A stretch of 64,000 nt of DNA from Hypanus sabinus (GCF_030144855.1 NC_082712.1:137082001-137146000), one strand, 5' to 3'; numbered from the stretch's first letter, positions 13,480 through 26,373 are shown. Program-made: numbers and translations. The notes: generated from the sequence alone by a model not told the origin.

Positions 13480-14000
13480 TTACCCAGAGGAGAGGAGAGG
13501 AACAGCCGCACGCTGACACCTTACCTGCCGCAGCGGTGAGCCACACAACAATCAGAAACAACACCAAGGGTCCCGGAGCCCTTGACCACCGGTATCGCCG
13601 CGACACCGCCCGGGCGCGGCTGGAAGAAGAACTCAGCTCCGCCGCCATTTCAGATGGAAGACAACTGCTTTCACTTTCGTATTCTTCACGTGGTTTGTTC
13701 GGGTAAATTCCCACCATCATAGACTACATTTTAATTTAACCATTTTGTCTTGTCAACCGCCGTCTCCGCAGGTATGGGGTATACATCGCGTTGCCCTGAA
13801 CGTTGTAGGGACGTATGGAAAACTGAGGCTGCAGTCTGCAGCGGTGTGCGGGAAACTCGGCTGCAGGGTCCCGGTGGCCCCGCTCATCCACGGAGAGGGA
13901 GAATCATTTAGCGCTTCGCCAGGCGGCGACTGCTGCCGATCCAGCGCCTCTCCTCGTCCCTTTCCCAAAATAAAACCTATGGCCAGAGCCCACTAGGGAC
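13480..14000. promoter_or_regulatory. CpG-rich island / probable promoter
   Basis: Visibly high GC and CpG density against an AT-rich, CpG-poor background; CACGTG E-box at 13687-13692. Confidence 0.65.
13525..13648 (-). CDS. First coding exon (signal peptide) of a downstream minus-strand membrane or secreted protein gene
   Basis: ATG in gaaATGG context. MAAELSSSSSRARAVSRRYRWSRAPGPLVLFLIVVWLTAAA followed by phase-1 donor GCA G|gtaagg; lies in a CpG-rich island. Upstream in-frame ATGs at about 13720. Confidence 0.75.
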
Positions 14001-14559
14001 CTCTGTGTTCGTAATTTTTAACAGTAGCTGGCCCTGAGACCTTTCTGCTGGTAATCCATAACCAATCTACTAGTCTGGCTCTTGTTCTTCACCTGCACTT
14101 GATCTCTCTAAACCCATCACTATATAATGCATTCTCTTATGTTTGCTACCTGAGTATACTTATTTATGGAATGACCTGCCTGGATGACTTCCAAAGAAAA
14201 GCTTTTCGCTAAGGTTTGGTATTGGTATTATTGCCACGTAACAATACCAGTGGTAGCAATCGTGATGTTGATAAAAGGCAAGGGTGTCTGATGTTCAACA
14301 ACATTGTAGCCCTGGTGATAATCATATTCTGGCTCTCTAGGTCAAGTCTTGGGAGCTCCCAATTGCAGGCATGAAAGGAAGGAAATCAAGTGGTGAAACC
14401 TTTCATATTTCGAGTCTGTCAGGTGACAAGCAAATCTGTCTTCCTTTCGGCTTTTTTTGTTTTGAGAGAAAACAAATGAAATTGCAGATACTGGAACACA
14501 AAAAAAACAACATCTGCAGAAAGTGAAATCACTTAATATTTTGGGTCAGGAATGAGGAT

Positions 14560-14685
14560 CCTTGCCAAAGTTGAAGGATGAGGGATGTATTAACATCATC
14601 TGGCGTTGATGTAGTGTTGCACAGCACCTTGCACTCAATATCAAAAAGACCAAGGAACTGACTGTGGACTTCAGGAAGGGGAAGT
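14560..14685 (+). mobile_element. L2/Rex-like LINE RT fragment truncating the V pseudo-exon
   Basis: LALNIKKTKELTVDFRKGK. Confidence 0.75.
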
Positions 14686-14890
14686 CTGTATGGTGCATGC
14701 TTTCGTCCATTGAACTGATATACTACTTGTTTGTCAGAACAGCCAAGTTTTTGAAAGAACCACTGAACTCCAACGCTTCTAAGGTCAATTTCACCGGCCT
14801 TGTAACCAGACACACGAAATTCAATAAGAACATCTTTATCCACAATGACTTCCACAGTTCTTCAATTCATAGACACTATTAGGTCACCTT
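14684..14890 (-). pseudogene. Disrupted paralogous B7-H6-like IgV exon
   Basis: Acceptor ttgaccttaattattgcag|AA, then EGDLIVSMN*RTVEVIVDKDVLIEFRVSG...DLRSVGVQWFF...VYQFNG (human B7-H6 begins EGDLKVEM). In-frame TGA, B-strand Cys is Phe, truncated at a LINE fragment. Confidence 0.8.
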
Positions 14891-15679
14891 CTGCAATAAT
14901 TAAGGTCAAAATTATCATTAGTAAGACAATAATTTTCTAATTTATCTTTGAACTATAGGAAAATAGTTTTAGAATGAGGCTGTTTTTGCTTATCAACATG
15001 AATTTATGCTACATTTATATTATGAAAGTGCTTAACAACTGACACACTTTACAATAGGCACCCTCACGGAATGACAGGAAATGCAATTGGCCTCTACTAC
15101 TGGTATCTACTGTTAACTAATGTATAGTATCAATGATTTTAAAATCTTGTAGAATTAACTAGAATGTTATTTTAAACAATGCTTTTCTTCCTATAAACTG
15201 CAGAACTATTTCCCCTCTCCTCTCCCTCGACCCTCCCCTTCCCTCTCCCATTCCCTTCTCTCCCCCTCCTCCTTCCACCCCTCAAAAATCGACTTATACA
15301 GTAGTCGTTTATAAAAATGCAATTGATTGATTACCCAGGCATTTGCTATACTGAGATGTGACATGGGATGTAAATATCAGCAGAAACAATGACAACATAC
15401 AAATGGATCATGGAATCAAAGACATAATACAGAAACGAGCCCTTACAGCCATCCCCATCTATGCCAACCATGATGCGCATATACATTAATTTAATTTGCC
15501 TGCATTACCCACATGTCCCTCTATGCCTCTCCTATCCAAGAACCTGTGCAAACAACTTTTGAACATTGAAGTTGTACCTGCCTCCACTATCTCCTCAGGT
15601 AATCCATTTTAAATAAATACCAGTCTCCATGTGGAAAACACTCTCTCTCAAATCTCCCCTCACCTTAAACTGACAGTAG

Positions 15680-15900
15680 TTCCAGAGTCCCTGTGCCCTT
15701 TTCTACACGGAGAATGCTCATTTTCAAAACTGAAAAGGATTAAAAATGAAGTAAGGAGCACCATGGGCCAACACAGATTGAACAATTTCACTCTAATGAG
15801 CATTGAACATGAATTTCTGTGTGAAATAGACATTTCCAGTGTCATCAGCAAATTGGATTATGCTAAATCTAGAAAATCTAACTTTAAAATTGTAGTTTTT
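15680..15900 (+). mobile_element. hAT transposase C-terminal dimerisation domain remnant
   Basis: ECSFSKLKRIKNEVRSTMGQHRLNNFTLMSIEHE matches the ERSFS.LK.IK..LRSTM.Q.RL..L..LSIE motif. Confidence 0.8.
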
Positions 15901-18684
15901 TAAATTGTAAGTAATTGTTTTACTTATTTATATATTCTGTACAATGTTGTTGATCTGCCTGTATATGGACAGTGTGATATGTTTTTAGTGATTTATTTGA
16001 TTACAGCACACTTCTGTTGTGCTAACACGCTTGGGCCTGTTTATCGGCGGACACTAGCTTGAGAGACTTGAGAAGACTGAGAGATGTATGTTTCAAACCT
16101 TTTATGACCTTTTATGTAGTTTTCATAGTGTCTACTGAAGAGAGAGAGAAATAAAATAAATCTTCAAGGACATCTGTATGTTGTGTGGCCGTTATTTCAT
16201 TAGACCGGTGCAGTTACATAATTTAATTTTTGGTGGTATAATATATATTTTTACCTCACAAATTGAAATTTTCTCTTTCTTCCTAAATATTAGTTCTTAC
16301 AGTGCTTCAATATCTGAGAATAAAATCAATAGCACGACAGCAATAAAACTTTTATAGCATTTTGGTTGTGTAAAATTCTTCCAAATCTGAAACCTGCAAT
16401 TGCTTTCAAACAATTTTCCTATTCCTACATGGATATTTGTTCATATCCATGTGGTCCACAGAAAGGACTCGTTGACACAAAATCAAAGTTTCCTAACAGA
16501 GCATCAACGTTTAACATCTAGCCTTCTGAATCAGCTTCAGGTACATCGACTTCAACAAAGAAACATCTACCTCATAACAATTCCCCCGGCAACTCTTTAA
16601 TAGGTCCAACTCCAGCCATCACTCTCACCCTCACTCCACCACCCAAGATGCCAACTGCAGCACCCCATAATGGTCCAAACATAATTGTTCCAATGTTTTC
16701 CCAATTATCGCGAGCCACTCATGGAATCATAAAGCAAGGAAACAGGTTTTAGGCCCACTGATTCTGTGATTAACCATTATGCACACATTTACTGTACTCC
16801 AATCACATTTGAATTTCTCCACATTCACATTAACACCACCCTGCCCGCCCCCCCCCCCCCCCCAGATTCTGGAATTCACCTGCACGCTAGGGGAAACTTA
16901 CACGAGGCATTTAACCTATCAATTTACCCATTGTTGGGATGTGGGAGGAAACCAGAGCACTCGGGAAATTCAGAATAGGAGAGGAGAATGTGCAAACTCC
17001 ACAAAGATAGCACTGGGGATCAGGATTGAATCAGGTGTCTCATCTCTGAAGCAGCATTCTGTTAGCCTCTGCACTTTGGTGTCCATGTCCTCGTGGCAAT
17101 TCGATTCCAATTTATGACTACACCCCAAACTCCAAACCTTCTTGACCAGCCTCCCATGCAGGAACTTGTCAAAGGTCTTGCAAAAGCCCATGTGGACAAT
17201 GTCCGCTCTTTTCCTTCATCCAACGTTCCTGGTAACCTCCTCAGAAATCTTTTTAGGACTAGTTAAACATGGCTAACCATACATAAAGCCATTCTGACTA
17301 TCCCTAATCAGTCCCATCTTGACAAGGGCCCCAATATCCCTCAAAAGGCAAGGTTCCTTAAATCTGTTAGCAATGCATTTTATTCTGACGGAAACATACA
17401 ATCACTTTACTCCCACCATATGAATATATCTTGTCCTTTATAATACCTTCCAATCATTTACTCACTACTGACCTCAGGCTCACTGGCCTATGATTTCCCA
17501 GCTTATAGCTGTTCTAGGCAATGGTAAGCACTTAAGGAAAGCAAAGAAAGGAAACAATGATAGATTCCCACACATAAAGTTTAGATATCACAAGAACAAA
17601 AGAGATTAGAAACAAGAGCAGGCCACTTGGCCCTTCAATTTTACCCTGGCATTCAACGTGCTCATAACTGTTCTATCTCACTCCTAATTTCCTTTTAAGT
17701 GCTACTACCCCATAGCCCTCAATCACGTTCTTTCTAAAATGTTTCCATTTCCTCTTGAAACACTCCCAGTGATCCAGTTTCCACAACCCTCACCTCCCCA
17801 TCCATTGTCAAGTTCAAGTTTATTGTCATTCACATGTATATCGCTAAATGACAGAACATTCCTCCAGACCAAGGTACACAATACAGTACCTATAACAGAA
17901 AGTAATATTATCACAAGTAAATTAACAAATAATAAGGGGCATACCACTCAAAGCTAACCTACCTTTTCTCTTTCCCAGTTGTGACAAATGATCATTGACC
18001 CAAACATTAATGTTTCCTCTTTATGCAGATATTGAGAATAACTTTGCCATTTTCTCTTTTTATTCTATTACACCATAGATTTTTAAAAGCCTTGCCTCAT
18101 GCTCACATGTAGTAAGAGACATGTTTGGCAATGCAGCCATACTCCAGAACACAAAGCAGCTAGATCTGAGAAACTGCAAAGAGAGGGGGAGAGTGGGAGA
18201 AAAAGAATGCTAATATTTGGTATCACTATATTGTTCCGAGTCTCCAGCTCAAATCTCATCTGATATACTCATTCAATGTTAAATAATAAACCAGAAAAAA
18301 ATGACGTTGGGATATGCCTTTGATATAATCCCTTTTATAAATTATACGGCCTTTGGGAGGTATAGTACCAATATCCCAAACATTTTGCTTCCAGCTCACG
18401 TTACAGAAGTGATGCAGTACAGATTCTTCTGAAAACTACAGGCCATCCCTGGGGAAGTTCCATTTTTATGCAGGTCCTTAAGTTGACTTTGTCCATAAAT
18501 CAGACAATACATAAAAATCTGTAAAATCAGAAGGAATGGCATCAAAACCACACAAGAATGATAAAGAATAATTATTAAAAGATGAGAAAGGAGAAGCCAG
18601 TTTTGCCATCCATTGGAATATGTATTCATATATATTTAATTTAAATATAATTTTATATTTTGAATTTAAAATTATGGAAGTCAT

Positions 18685-19525
18685 TCATACATGGGGGTGT
18701 TGTGGATAGTCTGGAGGATTGTCAGATGTTACAGTGGGACATTGATAGGATGCAGAACTGGATTGAGAAGTGGCAGATGGACTTCATTCCAGTTAAGTGT
18801 GAAGTGGTTCATTTTAGTATGTTCAATTTGAAGACAGAATATAATATAAATTGTAAGACTCTTCATAGTGTGGAGGATCTGAGAGATCTCAGGGTCTGTG
18901 TCAATAGGACACTCAAAGCTGCTGCACAGGTTGACAGTGTTGTAAAGAAGGTGTATGGTGAGTTGGCATTCATCAACCATGGGATTGAGTTTGAGAGCCA
19001 TGAGGTAATGTTACAGCTATACAAGAGCTTGGTCAGACCCCACTTGGAGTTCTGTGTTCAGTTCTGGTCACCTCACTAAGGACGTGGATACTATAGAGAG
19101 AGTGCAGAGGAGATTGACAAGGATGTTGCCCGGATTGGAGGGCATATCTTATGAGAATAGGTTGAGTGTACTTGGCCTTTTCTCCTTGGAGCTGACCATG
19201 TGGATAGCCCAAGGCTTTTACCCAGGGCTAAAATGGCTGACATGAGGGTGCATAGTTTTAAGATGCATGGTAATAGGTACTGAGGAGATGTCAAGGGTAG
19301 GTTTTTCCCACACTAAGAGTGCTGGCTGCATGGAATGCACTGCCAGTGGCAGTGGTAGAAGCGGACACAATAGGATCTTTTAAGAGCACCTTATTTACAT
19401 CGAGCTTAGAAAATTGGAGGGCTATGCACGAGGGGAATAGCGGTCTCTAGAGTAGGCAACATGGTCGGCACAACATTGTGGGCCGAAGGGCCTGTAACGT
19501 GTGGTAAATATCTATGTTCTATGTG
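18685..19525 (+). mobile_element. CR1 LINE 3' fragment
   Basis: LQWDIDRMQNW..KWQM.F...KCEV and LVRPHLEFCVQFWSPH; CR1-type 3' tail. Confidence 0.9.
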
Positions 19526-20149
19526 AGTGCCTGTAAATTAGGCATTCATAATCTGGAAATTGCCTGTTTTTTTCTTTTAAGACTGGCAATATTAATGTTA
19601 ATTAAGAGACTGGTAATGTTATTTTTATTGATGTTAAGTGGTTAAATTTTGTCAAGCTGGCTTGGGCTTGGATGATTGATGCACTAGGCTTGGGCTTTGA
19701 TGTTTGCTTAAAATAATTAAAAAGCATTCGATGGGATAGATAAATCAGGATTGAAAATAATTTTTAAATTACTGTCTGGCCATTCAGGTGATGTCAGGAA
19801 ACACCTCATGTATAGTGAAGAATAACCATCCACCAAAAAGGCATTGAAGCAGAAAAGTAAAGAATATGTCAGAACTGCTACCAATAGTCCTTGGACCTCC
19901 AGAAAATAAATAAGTCTGGAAATGGAAAATATAGCAAATCTCAATTAATGGTAACCAGAAACACGTTGAAAGCCCTTTTTGATTCACCAAAGTCTTTCAG
20001 GGAAGGAATTACACATAAATTGATTGTGTGTGTTTCACACAAGCATACAGCAACCCAAATAAAGATCAATTTCACTGTGAAGAAATGGCACAGTATCAGC
20101 ATTCCCTTGGTGTCACAAGCATGAAAAAATATCCAATCACAAACAAGTG

Positions 20150-20600
20150 AAAATCTGCAGATGCTGAAAATCCAAGCAACACACACTAAATGCTGGAACA
20201 ACTCAGCTGGCCAGGCAGCGTTTATGGAAAAGAGTAAACCGTCGCCGTTTCAGAACGAGACCCTTCAGCAGGACTGGAGAAAATAGATGAGGAGTCAGGA
20301 GGTGTGGGGAGGGGTGAATAAAGAGCTGGGAAGTTGATTGGTGAAAGAGATACAGGGCTGGAGAAGGGGGAATCTAATAGGAGAGGACAGAAGGCCATGG
20401 AAGAAAGAAAAGGGTGAGAAGTACCAGAGGGAGATGAAAGGCAGGCAAGGAATAAGGTGAGAGGGAAAAGGGGATAGGGAATGGTGAGGGGGGAGGGAGC
20501 CATAACGGGAAGTTCAACAAATCAGTGTTTATGCATTTAGATTGTAGGCTACCCGGATGGAATATAAGGTGTTACTGCTCCAACCAGAGTTTGGCCTCAT
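20150..20600 (-). mobile_element. Penelope-like terminal fragment
   Basis: Reverse complement of the 11050-11390 terminus, with a degenerate hammerhead core. Similar short fragments at about 13140-13320, 24905-25310, 43340-43480 and 44720-44950. Confidence 0.7.
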
Positions 20601-20934
20601 AGTGACAGTAGAGGAGAACTTTTAAACAAAGTAAATCTCATTCAATCACTTATCAAAGTCTTTGCAAAAATAATCAGTTCTTCCAGAAAATCAAATTCAG
20701 ATCCTTTGAATGAAAGATAGATACATACATCCAACCATTTTAAATACCCAATGTGTTGAAACATTTCACTCCTGCTCTGATTCTTCGATCTTGGGTGGTT
20801 TGTCATCTTATTTCTTGGTTCATTGGATGAAATAGTGGGTCATCCACAGAATGTTGATTCACAATCCTTGCACTCAAAAAACCTGACCAAATCTCTTGGT
20901 ATGATTTAACAGACCTAATTCCTGTTTACACTGT

Positions 20935-21790
20935 AGAGATTGTGGACACTACTCTCTACCGAACTCATCTCGCTGTAGTAGCAGGGTCAATAAATCTTTT
21001 ATCAATACCGTCTCTCCTCCACGGGTTGCAGTAGGTACTGGAATTGCAGCGCTCATGGCTAACACCCCCCACACCCTCGCAGGATAGGATGGTTGCTGCT
21101 ATCTGGGGCACATGGTACTGCACATACGCCACCTCAACAACTTGAATGAGCAGAATGGTCCTGGATGATAGTCTTTCCCCGTACGGTAGAACCTGGCTGT
21201 CCCGGGAATTGATACGCATGGTTTCTCTCATGGAGACGCTACCAATGGGACAGCCTCAGGATTCAAACATACAGAGGGTGCACTGAGCAGAGTGTCAGCT
21301 CAATTGATGGCTGTTCAGATGGTAGCCTTGCAAAATTGGATGGCTTTGGACTACCTATTTGCACTGATAGGTGGCAGTTGAGCTGTGATTGGTCAGAAAT
21401 GCTGCACCTACATCCCAGATGAGTCTGGGAACATCACTCACCTGGCAGATCAAACCCAGCAGTCAGCAAATAAGATCAGGACAGTAGGGGTCTAGCTTCA
21501 TACCTACTCCATAGGTGCAAGTTGGTGGTTTTTGGAGCACTGGGAGGCTGGTGGACTACTGTCACTGGGTAGTAACTGGTTGATTGTTAGTTTTGGGTAT
21601 TATTGTGTTATGTCTTGTGTGTAGAATAGCGAGGTACCCACGATGGTTATACAAGCCTTTGGGCCGAGCATCAGTGTTGTGGCTTTCGATGGGTAGAAAG
21701 TTGCAGTGTCTTACCTGATTATTGAAAGCCGCTGGCCTGTGTGGCTCGCTGGCATAGAATGGAAGGAGAAAACTGAGTTAGCGTTTCTGG
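20935..21790 (+). mobile_element. Decayed endogenous retrovirus env (TM subunit) with PPT-like end
   Basis: SAQLMAVQMVALQNWMALDYLFALIGGS*AVIGQKCCTYIPDESGNI: immunosuppressive-domain-like LQNxMALD and CX6CC with the first Cys as TGA. Hydrophobic anchor LLVLGIIVLCLVCR; purine tract at about 21756-21772 followed by TG. Confidence 0.85.
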
Positions 21791-21984
21791 CTGATGACTC
21801 TTCATCAACACTATAAAAAGTTAATGGTAATAAAAAAATGCAGAGGGTGGAAGAGTAAAGGAAACAAAATGGAGGTTCTATGATAGGGAGAAGGCCAGAA
21901 TGGTACAATTATTGGCAGATTAACTTGACAGACAGCAGTAGTTTTGAGACACGAGAAGAAAGAAGCTCTGATAAGAGATATGGG

Positions 21985-22235
21985 AGCCATGGTAGCATAG
22001 TAATTAGCGCCGGGCTATTATAGCTTATGGTATCAGAGTTCGGAGTGCAATTCTGACATTGGCTGTAAGCTCCTCCCTGTGAATGCCTGGATTTCCTCCC
22101 ACATTCCTAAGGTGTACTGGTTAGTAGGTTAATTTGACATTGTAAACTGCCCTGTGATTTATGCAAGTGGTTTGCAGAGTGGTGCGGCTCATTGGGCCAG
22201 AAGGACCTGCTCTGCATTGCTTCTCTAAATAAATA
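21985..22235 (+). mobile_element. tRNA-derived SINE, decayed
   Basis: tRNA-like A/B-box head (GGTAGCATAG...GTTC) and GGATTTCCTCCCACATTCC body. Related copies at about 45425-45745 (+) and 16880-17060 (-). Confidence 0.6.
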
Positions 22236-25200
22236 AGTAGTTGAGGGGCTTCCTCACTCAACCTGCCCCCACACCCTTCTCCAGTGGCACAAGAACCTTA
22301 CACTGTGGTCCTTCCCCACCAAGCCCTTGTGGTGGCTGCACCAAGCTTCAGTCCTTCTCTCAGCACTTACTCCTGTAGTCTGGACACACCTGATCTTAGC
22401 CAAAACTCCACAAGCAACCACAGTCCAATTTACTTCCAGACAGGGTACCCTTTCACCATAGTCAGACTCTGTTTGAGATGTGATGGTTGAAATTACTGGA
22501 CTGTCTCTTTATGATTTTAGTCCCAACTGAAACATCCATCATCCAACTGCATGATTAACATTATATTATTATAAGTATTACAGCACAGATTGGAATACTG
22601 TTTGCATAACAATGTTAATGTAAATGACCCCACCCCTTTCACTGCCAGGAGCCATCCAATAAAGCCCCAGTGTGTAATAATAATATGATTGCAAGATAGA
22701 TTGAGCCATATGGTGTGGAGATTTATAAATGGTTCAAATCAAAATCACTGGAACTCAGCCATCAGAACCGCTGCAATCTTGCACTGCTGTGCAAGTCCTA
22801 TGATATCCTAGCCTTAATGCAGGTTAAGGCTGACTTTGTCCATGTGCTGCACAGTTGGATTCCTCTTTGAGTCCAAAGACAGTACTCCTGTATTATACTC
22901 AGGACTGTTAGTGACTGTTAACAAGCCATGTGGAATCTGGAGCAGGTCAGTATAAATGCTCTGCATTCATTTCAAGAACCAGGCATTCTCTTGAAGAAAT
23001 CTTCCCAAATTCAAAGTTTGCCAAGTTTAATATTCTTAACAACAAAGATAATAGAAAGTGATTCAATGCAATTTCAATAGTAAAATGAAATAGTTTAATA
23101 TTTTGAGGCTTAGATATTGTTCCATTGATTTACATAGGTATATACAGTACTGTGTCATCTCTGAATGTTCAAACACTTTTTCTGGCACAGGATATATTTA
23201 CATGGATAATCTAACAGCTTCTGAATACACGTGACCAACATTAATGTTGTGGGGACTGAATATCTGGGACACATATATTTCAGATGAAAGAACAAATACA
23301 CCTTTGACCTGCTAAGTGACAAAATAAGTCTGGCTTAAAAACTTCTTGATCTCTATCACAATGGTGCAAGGAAACAATAAAATTTATCTGATGCCAATCA
23401 ATTAACACCCCCCCCCCCAACTCATTATGTTTAGCTGATGCAAATGAAAACAACACATGGTCATGCAAATTTGCAAGCCTATTGCTTGAGCACCCTCCTT
23501 GCTGGGTCCAGTACCCTGTGTTCTGTACAGTGCTGTTTATTCACAAAGCTGTCCTTTGAATTCCAAAAAGATTACTGCTCACAATTAACGTCTCAACAAG
23601 TGTTTTTTGAAGACCGATTCTCATTACTGAAGGTTGCCCTGGGTGTAACAAAACCTCACAGGGATATCACTCAGATCCTGTGCCCAGTTCAGACCTGGTG
23701 CAGGATATCACCAACAGCGTAAGTAACTCAGGCAAGTGGCAGCTTATGCCAGTCAACAATTCACACGTTCAATAACATCAAATATTTCTCAAGTGCACGA
23801 AAATATGAAGCTCAATCTCAAGTTCAAATTTAATTGTCATTCTGCCATACATGAATACCTATGACTACAGCCAAAGGAAACAACGTTCCTCCGGGGCCAA
23901 GGTGCAGAACACAGTAGCAACGGTCATATACAGCACTGGAGGCAGCACACTATCAGCGGCTGCAACAGGCAACACCTGCTAATATCAAACACCAATTTGT
24001 TCACAAATGCTAGATGTAACTGTTAGGAGGCAGTTATATTCATATACCAAAATTACAACTAGCGTTTACTTGTTTTTCTAGAATTCAAATACATTTAATG
24101 AAAATATATTTCAAGAGACAATAAAAAACAAGACATACTATGTATATTCATGCTGTTTTTGCCCCACAAGAAATTCATCAAAGATTTTCTCTTCCAATTC
24201 TCCTGGTGCAGCCCACATATATGAATCAAATTTTACAACCAGTTGTTAACTAGCATACAATTTTCAGTGAATGGTATATTTGTTCCTTTTCTCACCGCAA
24301 TTTCCAAGTACCAGATGGACTACCAAATAAATCCCAGTACATCATATTTATCAGCGGTTTCCTTCATCTCTCTGTAAAAGTTAGAGAACTTCAGGACTTG
24401 CATACAAGCATAGATTATTCATTTATAGTTGTTACAATTCTAAGCTTAGGTTAACACATGAAAGTTTAGACATTTCACATACATACTTGTACAAAAAGGC
24501 TCAATAACTTTGCTGCCCAAACTGACATAACATATACATGTAAATCTTAAAACGTAGGTTAATATACAAAATTTATATATCATCTTCAAATGTGTTCACA
24601 TGTGGATGGTCTAATATTTAATGACTGATGTCTAAAATGCTTTAAAAATTAAAACACCTCTCAGTAAACAGTACACATAATCCTTTGATGCAATCAAGCT
24701 TTCTGGTGTCAATGCTGGATTGCAGAAATCCCCTTTCTGGTTTACAATAGATACTAATATTTAAAGTCAGAAAAGGGGTTCTGCACACAACAGGGATTGT
24801 TATATCCTTGGTTCTAATTGGTCTGTGACTGCAATTCTAGTCCATTTTACTGAATTCCAACAACCTTAACATTAGTCCTAAAATGTTAAACCTTGCAATA
24901 ATGAAGGGCCAGAGATGCAAGCAGGCCAGGCAGCATCTATGGAAAAGCGTAAACAGTCGACGTTTATAGCTGAGACCTTTCATCAAGAGTAGGGGAAAAA
25001 CGAGGAGATCGGAGTAAGACAGCTGGGGGAGGGGAGGAAAAAGCACAAAGTGGTAGGTGATAGGTGAAACAGGAAGTGGGTGGGTGAAGTAAAGAGCTGG
25101 GGAGTTGGATGGTGAAAGAGTTAAAAGGGCTAGGGCAGGGGAAAACAGATAGGAGAGAATAGAAGAAAGGGAAGGGGGAGGAGTACCAGAGGGAGGGGAT

Positions 25201-25324
25201 GGGCAGGTAAGGGGATAAGGTGAGAAAGAGAAACAGGAATGGGAAATTTCTAAAGGGGGGCGGCAGGAAAGAATGAAGGGGGGGCAATTACCAGAAGTTT
25301 GAATATCATTTTTTGAAATCAATT

Positions 25325-25625
25325 TGCATATAATATTCTTTTAAAACCTTCCAATCCAGTTACCATAGAACATGACAGCAAAGAAACAAGCTTTTTCGCT
25401 GTGCCGAACCATTTTTCTGCCTTGTCCCACTGACCTGCACCTGGGCCATATCCCTCCATACCCCTCTCATCCATGTACCTGTCCAAGTTTTTCTTAAATG
25501 TTAAAAGTGAGCCCACGTTTACCACTTCATCTGGCAGCACGTTCCACACTCCCACCACTCTCTGTGTGAAGAAGCCTCCACAATGTTCCCTTTAAACTTT
25601 CCCCTTTTCACCCTTAACCCATGTC
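25325..25625 (-). mobile_element. CR1 LINE 3' end
   Basis: VGVWNVLPDEVVNVGSLLTFKKNLDRYM. Confidence 0.85.
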
Positions 25626-26290
25626 CTCTGGTTATTTTCTCCCCTGGCCTCAGTGGAGAGTACAGTGAGGTACTCATCCAAACACTTAAATATTTTTACT
25701 GTACCAGTATGAAGCTGTCCCTCAGGTCCCTTTTATACTCTTCCCCTCTCACCTTAAACCTGTGCTCCGTAGTTTCTGATTCCTCTGTGTGCATTGCCCC
25801 TTCATTCCCCTCAATAGATGCTGCCCAACTTGCTGAGTTCCTCTAGCATTTGTTGTGTTTCTAAAAAATTTACAAATTTGATCAATGCATCTGATCCACC
25901 TGATTAGCTGGGGGCAAAGGGAGGAGAGAGTCAATGTTCATAAATACACAATAGTAGGTACATTTTTGTGCAAATAGCTTAAGAGTTCAACTGAACTGTA
26001 ATAAGTGATTCCGTGGATTTGTCCAGCAGATTGACATAATTAAATCATTGTGGCTTAATGCATCAGATCAGACAACTCCTATTGTACACAAGATCTTGGG
26101 ACACATCTGCCATCCTCAATTAATTTCTCCTTACACCTACAACTAAATCACTGACTGCCTCACAATTGTGCAACTTTTGTGACTTAAATAAAATTTATGT
26201 TAACTAAACTAGATTAATTTACCAATCAGAATGGTGAACGGATACTGGATGATAAACTGCAAAAGAACAATGAAGTTGACAGTAAATTGT

Positions 26291-26296
26291 TTTATT
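26291..26296 (-). promoter_or_regulatory. Candidate polyadenylation signal AATAAA
   Basis: tttatt on the plus strand, about 80 nt downstream of the stop of the minus-strand gene. Confidence 0.45.
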
Positions 26297-26373
26297 CTCA
26301 GTTATAATTGAAGCGCTATCTTCAATTTAAAAAGAGATTCCATGCTGACTCTTCCAGAAAATGCTGCATAAAT

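Noticed and set aside
16006-16218. TG...CA segment with AATAAA resembling a solo LTR
   Set aside because: No target-site duplication and no second copy in the window.
18398-18521. Exon-like segment with acceptor ccttctgattttacag and donor GTGAGC
   Set aside because: The phase-1 frame stops after 13 codons, the other frames show no recognisable domain, and it lies beyond the main gene's stop.
19717-19944. Hydrophobic minus-strand ORF (VQGLLVAVLTYSLLFCFNAFLV) as a TM or leader exon
   Set aside because: The best acceptor gives phase 2 and the donors are weak (GTTATT, GTGTTT). AT-rich sequence readily gives such peptides.
21715-21748. 34-nt segment with strong minus-strand splice signals
   Set aside because: It lies inside the ERV 3' region and is not a multiple of 3, so it is probably coincidental.
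22940-22965. Plus-strand GQYKC motif resembling an Ig F strand
   Set aside because: In-frame stops lie just upstream, and several G-x-Y-x-C hits are expected by chance in a window this size.
23600-23730. Minus-strand GSE*YPCEVLLH resembling a C1 F strand
   Set aside because: It needs several edits to align and has no splice signals or B/C-strand motifs.
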